DNA of 64,000 nt from an uncultured Gammaproteobacteria bacterium (GTDB taxonomy: Bacteria; Patescibacteriota; Patescibacteriia; Magasanikbacterales; GWA2-37-8): assembly GCA_964641245.1 (NCBI GenBank), contig CAZXML010000002.1, positions 10,548 to 74,547 of the forward strand, read 5' to 3'. Under the pieces are notes generated by a model that was not told where the DNA came from, searched no databases, and saw only the letters and a list, made by a program, of their open reading frames with translations. This document shows, piece by piece, positions 37,356-46,753 of the stretch (the first letter of the stretch is position 1; every line of letters begins with the position of its first letter). The position numbers were made by a program, and so were the translations under genes.

Positions 37356-40065
37356 AAATTAACGGACTTGTATATTTTCTATACAACTCAAACAAAAAAA
37401 CCATTCTCTCCGCGTCCGATTTTAACACTTTTTTCCCATAAGCAGAGTCCACCGACCTGTCCAAAGCCTGATGTGCTTTTACAAGATCGGCTGGCATTGT
37501 CAGCGGATCATACAAATCAGCCAACGTGCTGTTTGGGTATTTTGTTCGCACATCCAACACCGTTTGCGCCGCTTCTTCGACCGTTTTCATTTTTTCAACA
37601 CTTGGCTTGTCCGGCCATGGAAAATTGTTATAAACAATATCTTTGGAATACCGAAAATCTGATTTCAACCGCCCACATACATGTCGCACCCAAGTCATAT
37701 GCATTTCGCTTTCCAGCACGCCGAAGTGATATGGTGTGGCGTTGGGAATTGCCATACACGTATCACTTATGATAAATTCATTACCAAAAAAACCCATGGG
37801 AATATATTTGCGATTTTCCGAAGAAACACGCGGAACAACAATAGCTGATTCGGGATTATTTCGGTCACGAAACAGCGAAGGTGTGCTTGCAAATTTCTGT
37901 GTCGAAGCAGCCTTGCTTGCTATGCGAAATTGTCTGACTTTTTCGATCCTTTCCATTACCGCTGGCATTTTCTGTAAATCATCTGGACTAGCATCAGTTA
38001 GCCACAAACACCACCGCTTTCCGCCATTTAAAAATTCTTTTGCACTAATAAGTGGCCTTATAAATTTTTCTGATTTTGGTTCTATTTGTAGTAATTCTAT
38101 TTTTTCTTTATCAGACAACAACAAATTTCCGCCATCCAGCGGCATATTGCCAAAATTCATTCTTGGAACATCACAGATCGTATTCTGTCTCGCTTCAATA
38201 ACAATATCCTCTGCCGGTAGCAAATACGGGTTGATATTTTTAACCACAATTTCGTGCGGCTCACCCTTTATGCTTTCATATTCGTATAATAACTTTTTTT
38301 CGGCATCATAATTAGCAAAACCAATAATTACGCAATAGACCGCCGCTTTTCCTCTTGCCTCATTGCTCCACCTGAAGGTCTGGTGTGCAAAATGAATTTT
38401 AATGCCGTATTTATTTAGAAGTTCGTTCCAAATAATACCAACCTGCTCACCTTGAGTAATAGAATTAGTAGAAACAAAAGCGCATTTAATTAGCGTATTT
38501 TGAATGTATTGCGCGGCTTTCCCATACCAACCAGAAACATAATCTAAAACCCCCACACCTTTGAGATTTCCGAAAACGGAAATAATATCCTTACGTTGCT
38601 CCTCAGCCATCAACTTAGAACCGATAAATGGCGGATTACCAAGAATATACGATAACTCGCTTTTTGGCAGAATTTCTTCCCAATTCTTCTGTAAAGCGTT
38701 ACCTATAAAAACAGTCGCGCCGTGAGAAAGCGGCAAATCAATAATATTTTTTCCAAAAGTCCGTCCGGCCAATTCATTCATTTGATGATCCATAAGCCAC
38801 ATAGCTGTTTCGGCAATGCGCGCGGGAAATTCCTCTATTTCAATGCCATAAAATTGTTCCGGTTTTATTTTTATCCATTCTTTAACTTCAAGCGGAAGCA
38901 TTACAGCCGTACCTTGCTGTCTTTTAAGAATTTCCAATTCTAATAAACGGAGTTCTCGAAATGCAATAATTAAAAAATTTCCACAACCACAAGCAGGGTC
39001 AAGAAATTTTAATTTTGCTATTTTTTCATGTAAATTTTTGAGCTTTTGTAAATTTTTTCCACAAGCATCTAATTCAAACGCCAACTCATCAAGAAAAAGT
39101 GGCTTGATAAGTTTTAAAATATTTTTTTCAGAAGTATAATGCGCGCCCAAGTGTCGCCTGGCATCTTTATCCATTACCGACTGAAACAACGACCCAAAAA
39201 TTGCCGGCGATATCGCTGTCCAATTAAAGGCGCAAGTATCCAGAAGGCTTTGGCGCATTTTCGAGGTAAAAGCAGGAACAGAGATATTTTCTGAAAAGAG
39301 TCCGCCGTTTACATACTCAAATTGGGACAACTCTTCATCCAAAGTATTCTGTCGTTTTTCCTTTGGCGTATTTAGAACTTGAAATAACATCCCAAGATGC
39401 ATGCCTAAATCATTTCCATCAACATTTGTTCGTGTTTCAATATAGCGCCGAAATTGATTTGGTGAAAAAATACGCGCATCCTCCGCAAACAGACAAAAAA
39501 GTATTCTAACAAGAAGCACATTTAATTCGTGTCCAAAATAACCAGCGGAAGCTGTTGCGTCATAAAGTTTCCCCATTAACTCGGCGGCCTTTATATTCAC
39601 TTCATCCTCTTCCTTGTATTCTTGCTTTTTATACCCGGCAATAAAACCAAAAAGGTGCACTTTTTTTACTAGGTCTTTAAGCTCAAATTCCACCTCTTCC
39701 CCTTCTTCGAGATCATAAAGTTTGATGCGGCCAAAATCAGAAACAAGGATATATTTTGGTAATTCTTTTTCGGTTAGACCGGGAAAATAATCCATCGCCT
39801 GATTGTATGCTTTGTTCAAATCCTTCCCAAGGGATTTATGCTCAACAATAAGCACACCTGGCCAAAACAAATCTATATACCCCCTGTTTCCACTCCTCTT
39901 TTCAACTTCATGTTCAAAACTCGCAAGCCGCCTTCTTGTTAACCCAAAGATATTAAAAAAACCATCCCAAAAAGTTTTTGCTTCGGCATCTTCGGATTTC
40001 TCGTTTTCCCATTCTTTAGAAAATTCAATAGCTCTGGTTTTAATTTCATTCCAAGAGAGTGGCAT
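37354..40065 (-). CDS. MmeI-like Type IIL restriction-modification enzyme (REase-m6A MTase-TRD)
   Basis: IDLFWPG.LIVEHKS, GAHYTS, LDPACGCGNF, GNPPF, FRYS...VYNNFPWP. Confidence 0.92.
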   Translation of the reverse strand: MPLSWNEIKTRAIEFSKEWENEKSEDAEAKTFWDGFFNIFGLTRRRLASFEHEVEKRSGNRGYIDLFWPGVLIVEHKSLGKDLNKAYNQAMDYFPGLTEKELPKYILVSDFGRIKLYDLEEGEEVEFELKDLVKKVHLFGFIAGYKKQEYKEEDEVNIKAAELMGKLYDATASAGYFGHELNVLLVRILFCLFAEDARIFSPNQFRRYIETRTNVDGNDLGMHLGMLFQVLNTPKEKRQNTLDEELSQFEYVNGGLFSENISVPAFTSKMRQSLLDTCAFNWTAISPAIFGSLFQSVMDKDARRHLGAHYTSEKNILKLIKPLFLDELAFELDACGKNLQKLKNLHEKIAKLKFLDPACGCGNFLIIAFRELRLLELEILKRQQGTAVMLPLEVKEWIKIKPEQFYGIEIEEFPARIAETAMWLMDHQMNELAGRTFGKNIIDLPLSHGATVFIGNALQKNWEEILPKSELSYILGNPPFIGSKLMAEEQRKDIISVFGNLKGVGVLDYVSGWYGKAAQYIQNTLIKCAFVSTNSITQGEQVGIIWNELLNKYGIKIHFAHQTFRWSNEARGKAAVYCVIIGFANYDAEKKLLYEYESIKGEPHEIVVKNINPYLLPAEDIVIEARQNTICDVPRMNFGNMPLDGGNLLLSDKEKIELLQIEPKSEKFIRPLISAKEFLNGGKRWCLWLTDASPDDLQKMPAVMERIEKVRQFRIASKAASTQKFASTPSLFRDRNNPESAIVVPRVSSENRKYIPMGFFGNEFIISDTCMAIPNATPYHFGVLESEMHMTWVRHVCGRLKSDFRYSKDIVYNNFPWPDKPSVEKMKTVEEAAQTVLDVRTKYPNSTLADLYDPLTMPADLVKAHQALDRSVDSAYGKKVLKSDAERMVFLFELYRKYTSPLI

Positions 40066-40179
40066 AGTCTTTATTAATCAAATCAATTTTAAATCATGAT
40101 TCTTTATTCTAAACGCTCTAAAAACTATCTTAATTTTACCCCCTCCACACCATTTTTACAAGCCAAAAAGTAAACCCCC

Positions 40180-40267
40180 AAACCAACCATCAAAAAACAC
40201 CCTTTCGGGTGTTTTTTTCGCGGCCTATTAAGTCTAAGCCCTCTCGGTCACTTGAACCTGTACAGCA
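40180..40267. repeat. Direct repeat copy of the tRNA-Glu 3' flank
   Basis: cctctcggtcacttgaacctgtacagca identical to 44571-44598; terminator hairpin aaaaaacaccctttcgggtgtttttt also duplicated. Confidence 0.85.
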
Positions 40268-40364
40268 ATATAGCCTACAACAATGATACTTGGAACACTT
40301 TGGTCGAAGAACTTAAGTTATTAATCCATACCGTAAAAAAAACTAGTAACGCAGATAACTAAAT

Positions 40365-42656
40365 TCAAGAAACAAAAAGTTCATCAATACGCGAGACCTC
40401 ATTACTCTCTCTAAATTTATATTCTTCTTGTTGTATATCAGCTATCGCATCCTCCGCTCTAGCATTTTGTGAATTATCATCAGCAATTTCTTCTGCATTT
40501 ATTTCAAAAAGTTTTTCAAGCACTTTTAAATCATAGACACCAAATTCTTCGTTAAATTTTTCCGCATCATTATGAATATTATATACATGGTCTTTAATTT
40601 GTGAAGGTTTAAAAAGAGACCTTACTTCGCTCCCTTTAGAGGTAATTGCATCAATTCTAATTTGCCAGTAATAATCAAGGCTTTCCTCAACAACTTCTTG
40701 GCTGATCTCGTTAGAAATATATTGTTCGTAATCCTGGGAATAGGTTTCAAAAAGCTCTAGGACTCTTAATAATTCTTCCTCTTCATAAGCGTTTTGGAAC
40801 AACGTGTCAATAATATTACGCCAATTCTCTAGAATTGCATCTTTCAAAATACTAAAACCAGCAAATTCTTCGAGTAAATTAAGCAGGCTATGGGCTTGTG
40901 ATGAATTTACTTCATTTAATTTTATTTCTCTGAATATTTCAACAACATCTTTTTCGATTTTTGAAATATCAAAAAGCAGATAATAAAAATATATTATCTC
41001 AACTTCCTTTGATCCTCCTTTAATAATTTTAAGAGCACTCCGCTTTGCTTGTATTAATTGGTGCAAGCGATCAAGCTCGTTATCATCAAATACAATGCGT
41101 TTGCCAAATGATATGCCGAACCGTGTAGTTAATTGTTCGGTATAAATTGAAGATTCTAAAATTCTCCATTTCTCCCCAGGGTTTTTTAATAAGTAATTTA
41201 TAAAAAAATCTATAATTGATGGATTAAAAAAATCATAAGTGATAATTTGTCCATTATTTTTATGGATTATAAAACCCCTGGATAGCTCCTTTATTTTTAT
41301 ATGAAAAATACTGCTTTTTCTTTGAAAGCCATTTTTAATTTCATAACTAAGCCTAGACTCAAAAGCGTCCTGTAAATATTTTTCTTCAACAGTATCGAGG
41401 CTAAACAAAGTGCTGATTAAAAAACGTGCGTAATCATCAATTTGCTTCTCGTATGGATTTTCCCAAATTAGCGAGGGATCATCAAGGTTCTTCATTATAA
41501 AGGTCAGATACTCTGAATCCTTAACCCCTAAGAGTCGGAGTGGCTCAGTAATAAACTCAATTAAGCGCGGATTAAAATTTTTATGTTTTATTATTTTCCA
41601 GTAATTCTTTTTTTCAATTATTTTTTTAAGGTACCGCTCACTAAGTTTAGAAAAATATAAATGGTTATAAAGAATAAGCGCCCTATTCCATTCGCTGTAG
41701 TCATTTATATTAACCTCGTGTTTGGACAATTCGATTTTAGGATTTTGCAACTTAGAGAGATTCTGTGTTGCTTGGTTAAGGATGGTTGTTCTACTAGTGA
41801 GAATCAGCCTTTTCATCGGATCTTCTTTAACTCTTTCTATAAAATTAATAAGCGCAGAGTCGCTATTTTTTGGTTGTAAAATTTCAAAATAATTTGAACC
41901 TAAAAAATCATCGAAATAAAACACCTGCTTTTTACCCGGTTCCCATAATTTTTCGGCCTCACTAATTTTCTCATCCACACTAATCAATTGATATCCGCTG
42001 GCCAAGAGGTTGTAGGTAAGCATTCTTGCAAGAACAGTTTTACCGATACCTGGCTCCCCAATAATAACTAAAAAGCGTTTCTTATTTAAAATTCTCAATG
42101 CCTGATTAAATTTTTCATTCTGAACGTAGAGCGATATATTTTTTCTTATACTCTCAACGACAAATTCAGACCTTCCTTCAATACCATTATTGACTATCTT
42201 TTGTAAAATATTGACGCTAGAAAGCCAAAGTTTATGCCAGGACTTCTCAATTTTTGGAAATTTCCCCAATAAATTATTTAGATCATCTTTACCGTAAATA
42301 TCTGCTGGAAAACGGATGAATGGTTTAAAAATATTTAAAATAGTATCTTTATCACTTGGGCTCAATTCTACACTAGTCGTTAGAATATAACGGCTAGGAC
42401 TTAATTTTATTACTTTGGGCAACTCTTCCTTTCTCAATTTATTAATAAGCTGTTTCAGACCACTCTTCCGCCAATGTTTTGCTTGGATAATAATTTTATC
42501 TTTCGATTGAACAGGAGATATGTACCTCAAATCAATGCCTTGATCTCGGCCACGCTTGAAACTTTCAAGGGTTATTTTATGCTCAGCTTGAAGCAAGTCC
42601 CTGCTAAGATTTTCGAATTCCTTATCATTTAATGTTTCAAAACCATAATTGGGCAT
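40365..42656 (-). CDS. Mrr-like restriction endonuclease fused to STAND-class (nSTAND3-like) NTPase
   Basis: FENL...DQGIDL...IQAK; Walker A GEPGIGKT; Walker B FYFDDFLG; NPRLIE. Confidence 0.82.
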   Translation of the reverse strand: MPNYGFETLNDKEFENLSRDLLQAEHKITLESFKRGRDQGIDLRYISPVQSKDKIIIQAKHWRKSGLKQLINKLRKEELPKVIKLSPSRYILTTSVELSPSDKDTILNIFKPFIRFPADIYGKDDLNNLLGKFPKIEKSWHKLWLSSVNILQKIVNNGIEGRSEFVVESIRKNISLYVQNEKFNQALRILNKKRFLVIIGEPGIGKTVLARMLTYNLLASGYQLISVDEKISEAEKLWEPGKKQVFYFDDFLGSNYFEILQPKNSDSALINFIERVKEDPMKRLILTSRTTILNQATQNLSKLQNPKIELSKHEVNINDYSEWNRALILYNHLYFSKLSERYLKKIIEKKNYWKIIKHKNFNPRLIEFITEPLRLLGVKDSEYLTFIMKNLDDPSLIWENPYEKQIDDYARFLISTLFSLDTVEEKYLQDAFESRLSYEIKNGFQRKSSIFHIKIKELSRGFIIHKNNGQIITYDFFNPSIIDFFINYLLKNPGEKWRILESSIYTEQLTTRFGISFGKRIVFDDNELDRLHQLIQAKRSALKIIKGGSKEVEIIYFYYLLFDISKIEKDVVEIFREIKLNEVNSSQAHSLLNLLEEFAGFSILKDAILENWRNIIDTLFQNAYEEEELLRVLELFETYSQDYEQYISNEISQEVVEESLDYYWQIRIDAITSKGSEVRSLFKPSQIKDHVYNIHNDAEKFNEEFGVYDLKVLEKLFEINAEEIADDNSQNARAEDAIADIQQEEYKFRESNEVSRIDELFVS

Positions 42657-42669
42657 ATGCGCAAATAAA

Positions 42670-44436
42670 TTAATCTAGTTTGTCAATAAGTTTTTCCAAT
42701 TCAACAATATCTTTCCATTGATAACAGTTACTTGGAGGATCTACGTTAAAATCAAGCAACGAATCAAGCAAACTCTCAATAACCAAAAACTTTTCCTCGT
42801 CTTCCATAATTGTAACCAGCGCGGTGTAAGGCTTCTCTTTTTTAAATGCTTCTCCAAAATAGGCTTCTTCAAAATTTGGAACTGAAGCTAGCAAACGAAC
42901 ATTTGCAGGAAACTTATGCGCGAGCGTTATATCTAATATGTCTTTATTTTTTGACCAGGCCGGGTTAGCTATAAATGACCTGTCTTTTTTTTCGACTTTC
43001 GGCCTATCACTATCATGTAAAATAGAGTAAGGCGCGCCGAAATGATTAAGAATTTTTGCAACCGAAACTATAGTGGCTTTACCGCGAGCCCTGATAATAT
43101 GAATATTGCTATACTTTTCTGGATTTTTTGCAATTATATATTTAAAAACGGTGTACTCAGTATCACCCTCAACAACTACAACTTTCCCGCCAAAAAAGAA
43201 TTCTGCCACATAAGGATCCCAGATATTCATTAATTTTAATAATTTCTTATCATCTTGTTCCAATCCAACTTTTTCTGGCCTAAAAATCGTTGTTCCTTTT
43301 ATGTCACCAGAAGAATTTTTTTCGACCCTAATAATGGTGGTATTGTCTCTTGAAACATCAATAAAATTAGGCGAGTGAGTTGTAATCATGACCTGCCAGT
43401 TTGAGCTTGGCAGTCCATATAATAAATTACATGCATGGCGTATTGCATCGGGGTGCAAACAAATTTCAGGCTCATCGAGCAAAAGAACATGCGATCTGGT
43501 TACCTCTCCATCCTTGTCTTTCTTTGTTTTTGATTCAGAGATAATTTGCAATGCCGTCCATAATAATGTCCTACGAGCCCCGCTACCTTGCGCCTCAATT
43601 GTTCCAAGATACCCACCAGTTGGACCCATCAAAAGTTGTGGGCTGTTTTTAAAAAGTGATATGGCTTTATCTGGATCGTCTTCTGGTTTAGCATTAAACC
43701 GGACTTGATAATTTGGGAAAACTTTTCCGATCAAATTTGTAAGCTCATCTTGAACTTTATCTATTTCAGTTTGTGACTCTAGTACAATTTTTTTTTGGAG
43801 ACTTTTAACTTGGCTCAACAGAATCCCATAATCTGATCCTTCCTCTTCCTTTTTCAAATCCTTTATTCTATTAGTAAGCACTGAGGATAAAAGTTTTGTT
43901 ATTTCTTCTGCCTGATCTTCGGGTAAATCAAATGCCCCAATCCTATGCGGTTGAGGTCTGCGGGAATTCGCCACACCGGGCGCACCCCACGGAACTTTCT
44001 CATCCCAACCACCATTTACATTAAGCCCCTGACGTTTAGGGTCTCCTGGCTGTGCCCAACACCATCGCTCAATAACAATTTTTTCTTTGCCAATTTCGTG
44101 TATCCATTCTTGTCCAGGAAAATTATTATATACTATTGTATGTAAGACGATTTCAGGCAAATTATTTTCATCGATCCTACCATTAGGAAAATCCTGAATC
44201 ATCAATTTACCGTCTGCCGATCCCTGCGACATAACTATTTCATACGCACGAAGAATGGAACTTTTCCCTACATTATTTGGTCCTACCAAAACAACAATAT
44301 CATCTAGCTCAATCTCAACGGGGTTAGCACCTATACAACGAAAATTTTTGATACTTAGTTTTTGTAAGCGTTGACGACCTTCAGCTACAAGCTCTAAAGC
44401 CAATTTTCTTTCTATAGGCACAGGCAATTTTGGCAT
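42670..44436 (-). CDS. OLD-family ATP-dependent endonuclease (ABC ATPase + TOPRIM)
   Basis: GPNNVGKS, GSGARR, LLLDEPE, TTHSP, VVVEGDTE, HDSD. Confidence 0.88.
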   Translation of the reverse strand: MPKLPVPIERKLALELVAEGRQRLQKLSIKNFRCIGANPVEIELDDIVVLVGPNNVGKSSILRAYEIVMSQGSADGKLMIQDFPNGRIDENNLPEIVLHTIVYNNFPGQEWIHEIGKEKIVIERWCWAQPGDPKRQGLNVNGGWDEKVPWGAPGVANSRRPQPHRIGAFDLPEDQAEEITKLLSSVLTNRIKDLKKEEEGSDYGILLSQVKSLQKKIVLESQTEIDKVQDELTNLIGKVFPNYQVRFNAKPEDDPDKAISLFKNSPQLLMGPTGGYLGTIEAQGSGARRTLLWTALQIISESKTKKDKDGEVTRSHVLLLDEPEICLHPDAIRHACNLLYGLPSSNWQVMITTHSPNFIDVSRDNTTIIRVEKNSSGDIKGTTIFRPEKVGLEQDDKKLLKLMNIWDPYVAEFFFGGKVVVVEGDTEYTVFKYIIAKNPEKYSNIHIIRARGKATIVSVAKILNHFGAPYSILHDSDRPKVEKKDRSFIANPAWSKNKDILDITLAHKFPANVRLLASVPNFEEAYFGEAFKKEKPYTALVTIMEDEEKFLVIESLLDSLLDFNVDPPSNCYQWKDIVELEKLIDKLD

Positions 44437-44510
44437 AAATTTAATGCATTTATTAAACTTAAAGCTTATCATTTGACTAATACAAAGTCAAAACAAGCAA
44501 AGCACCGCCC

Positions 44511-44598
44511 AAACCAAACACCAAAAAACACCCTTTCGGATGTCTTTTGCGTGATCTGCCAAGTCCAACCCCTCTCGGTCACTTGAACCTGTACAGCA
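44511..44598. repeat. tRNA-Glu 3' flank, direct repeat partner of 40180-40267
   Basis: See the 40180 feature. Confidence 0.85.
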
Positions 44599-44601
44599 GT
44601 G

Positions 44602-44673
44602 TAGTCCCAACGGGAATTGAACCCGTATTTTCGCCTTGAAAGGGCAATGTCCTAACCATTAGACGATGAGACC
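44602..44673 (-). tRNA. tRNA-Glu(TTC)
   Basis: ggtctca/tgggact acceptor, anticodon loop ctTTCaa, GGTTCAA T-loop; upstream TTGACT-17-TAGAAT promoter (44722-44750). Confidence 0.95.
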
Positions 44674-44818
44674 CCATTTTGATAATTTCTAATTTCTAAT
44701 TACTAATTTCTAATGATTGATATTCTACTATATTTTCGCTAAAAAGTCAACCCTTTGTTGACACAAACGGGTGTTTTAGGAGTATCATATAAATAACAGG
44801 CTCAAACGGAGGTTTTCC

Positions 44819-45250
44819 GTGAATAGGCAAATTGGGAAAAAACTGGCTCTTTTTCTGGCGGTCGCTATTTCTTACTTCTGCATGTTTAGCTGGCAACTTT
44901 TGGCATTTAAAAAGTTCCAGTACGACTGGGCTTCTATTGCCGGGATTGTTATGGCTGTGGGCTATAGCATAGGCGATCGTTTTCTAAAGTGGGTGAATAC
45001 GCCGGAGTTTCAAAGCGGCAAGCTGATCAAACCGTTCATTATTACGCTCATCATCTACATTCCCATTATCATGTTTGTGGTTTTGCCGGGACTAAAACTG
45101 CCATGCAACGTTTGGCTTGTAGACTCGTTTATTTCTTTCTTCGCTACTTGTTTTTTTCTAAACAACGCGTCTACCACCGCCATTACCAAGACTATTGAGC
45201 GTTTGGACAAAATCAATCAAGCGCCTGAGTCGCCAAAAAAGACAGGCTAA
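44819..45250 (+). CDS. Hypothetical membrane protein (about 4 TM)
   Basis: GGAGG RBS before GTG; hydrophobic segments; hairpin plus T-run at 45265-45296. Confidence 0.7.
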   Translation: MNRQIGKKLALFLAVAISYFCMFSWQLLAFKKFQYDWASIAGIVMAVGYSIGDRFLKWVNTPEFQSGKLIKPFIITLIIYIPIIMFVVLPGLKLPCNVWLVDSFISFFATCFFLNNASTTAITKTIERLDKINQAPESPKKTG

Positions 45251-45394
45251 CTAGATATTTTCAGGCCGTTCCGCAATTCGGGACGGCATTTTTTTAACCT
45301 TGACTTTGAGCGATTATTTTAGTATGATTATCACTAATTGTAGATAAAAACTGCGGGAGACGTGGCTTGCGCGGCGAAGCCTTAGCGAAGACGG

Positions 45395-45468
45395 GTCAGG
45401 GTAGCTCAGATGGTTAGAGCACGGGATTCATAACCCCGAGGTCGAGAGTTCGATTCTCTCCCCTGACA
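45395..45468 (+). tRNA. tRNA-Met(CAT), elongator (Ile2 not excluded)
   Basis: gtcaggg/ccctgac acceptor, loop ttCATaa, GTTCGA T-loop; promoter TTGACT-17-TATGAT at 45300-45328. Confidence 0.92.
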
Positions 45469-45477
45469 CAAACGAAA

Positions 45478-45585
45478 GCAGAGTAAGGCAGAATAAAGCA
45501 AAGTAATGCAGAGTAAGGCAAGGTAGGGTTCACACAATGTTGCTTTAATCTGCTCTAATCTGCCTTATAAACTTTATTCTGCTTT
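45478..45585. repeat. Inverted dyad of decamer tandem repeats (GCAGAGTAAG)n...(CTTTAATCTG)n
   Basis: Five direct decamers, short spacer, then 4-5 degenerate reverse-complement decamers. Confidence 0.75.
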
Positions 45586-46683
45586 ATGTTAATTCTCGGC
45601 ATTGAATCTTCCTGCGACGATACTTCTGTGGCCTTACTAGATATTTCCGAAAAAGGCGCGGCTATTTTATTTGAAAAAACCGCTTCGCAAATTGAAATCC
45701 ATAAAAAATACGGCGGTGTGGTGCCGGAAATTGCCGGCCGGATGCACGCGGAAAAAATTGTGCCGCTTATAGACGCGGCGCTAAATGGAAGAATGATTAA
45801 GAAATTAGGAAATAAAGAAATTAAACCAGATGTGATTGCCGTAACCGCCGGACCGGGATTAATTACCGGGCTTTTAGTAGGGGTAGAAGCGGCGCGCGCT
45901 TTATCGTATGCATGGGATATTCCACTAATAAGAACAAACCACATAGAAGGACACGTCTATTCTGTTGTCATTGCGAGCCACAGCGAAGCAATCCCAAATA
46001 CTGATAGTTCTGACAATGGGATTGCCGCGTCGCTTAAAGCTCCTCGCAATGACATACAGTTCCCGGCCTTATGCCTAATCGTCAGCGGCGGGCATACGGA
46101 ATTAATTTTGATGAAAAACCACGGAAAGTATAAATTACTGGGCGCGACCAAAGACGACGCGGCGGGAGAATGTTTTGATAAGGCGGCAAAATTACTGGGG
46201 CTTCCCTATCCGGGCGGACCGCAAATTTCTAAACTGTCCGAAACCGGAAACCCGGCCGCGATAAAATTCCCCCGGCCGATGATGGCCGATGAAAATTATT
46301 TATTTAGTTTCGCCGGATTAAAAACTTCCGCTTTGTATTGGTTGCGCGACAATAAATTGAAAAATATTAACGACTTTTGCGCCAGTTTTGAACAGGCAAT
46401 TGTAGATGTTTTGGTGGCCAAAACTATTAAAGCCTCCATTCAATACAAACCAAAAACTATTATTTTAGCCGGCGGGGTTAGCGCCAACAAAAAACTTCGC
46501 CAAACATTAGGCGAAGTCATAGGCGCTAAATTTCCCGAAGTGAATTTTATGGCCCCGCAGACAAAGTATTCCATGGACAACGCCGCCATGATTGCCATGG
46601 CCGGATATTATCACGCCTTAAAAAAAGATTTTACTTCCTGGAAAAAAATCCAAGCCGACCCGAACTGGGAACTTGCTGAATAG
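45586..46683 (+). CDS. tsaD: tRNA N6-adenosine threonylcarbamoyltransferase, with in-frame insert
   Basis: LGIESSCDDT, HIEGH, VSGGHT, DDAAGE, DNAAMIA. Confidence 0.97.
   Translation: MLILGIESSCDDTSVALLDISEKGAAILFEKTASQIEIHKKYGGVVPEIAGRMHAEKIVPLIDAALNGRMIKKLGNKEIKPDVIAVTAGPGLITGLLVGVEAARALSYAWDIPLIRTNHIEGHVYSVVIASHSEAIPNTDSSDNGIAASLKAPRNDIQFPALCLIVSGGHTELILMKNHGKYKLLGATKDDAAGECFDKAAKLLGLPYPGGPQISKLSETGNPAAIKFPRPMMADENYLFSFAGLKTSALYWLRDNKLKNINDFCASFEQAIVDVLVAKTIKASIQYKPKTIILAGGVSANKKLRQTLGEVIGAKFPEVNFMAPQTKYSMDNAAMIAMAGYYHALKKDFTSWKKIQADPNWELAE
45966..46054. repeat. Family C element, in frame in tsaD
   Basis: Encodes VIASHSEAIPNTDSSDNGIAASLKAPRND. Confidence 0.9.
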
Positions 46684-46686
46684 GAT

Positions 46687-46753
46687 TGTCATGCTGAATT
46701 TATTTCAGCATCTCTGTCCACCGATTAGATCCTGAAACTAGTTCAGGATGACA
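46687..46753. repeat. Family A element between convergent tsaD and dnaE, containing the dnaE stop
   Basis: tgtcatgctgaatttatttcagcatct...agatcctgaaactagttcaggatgaca. Confidence 0.92.

Noticed and set aside
40225-40300. tRNA fragment (classic attL/attR) at the inner direct repeat
   Set aside because: Similarity essentially stops at the tRNA 3' boundary; no T-arm or acceptor stem duplicate is recognisable.
35680-44600. Prophage or ICE
   Set aside because: No integrase, structural, replication or conjugation genes.
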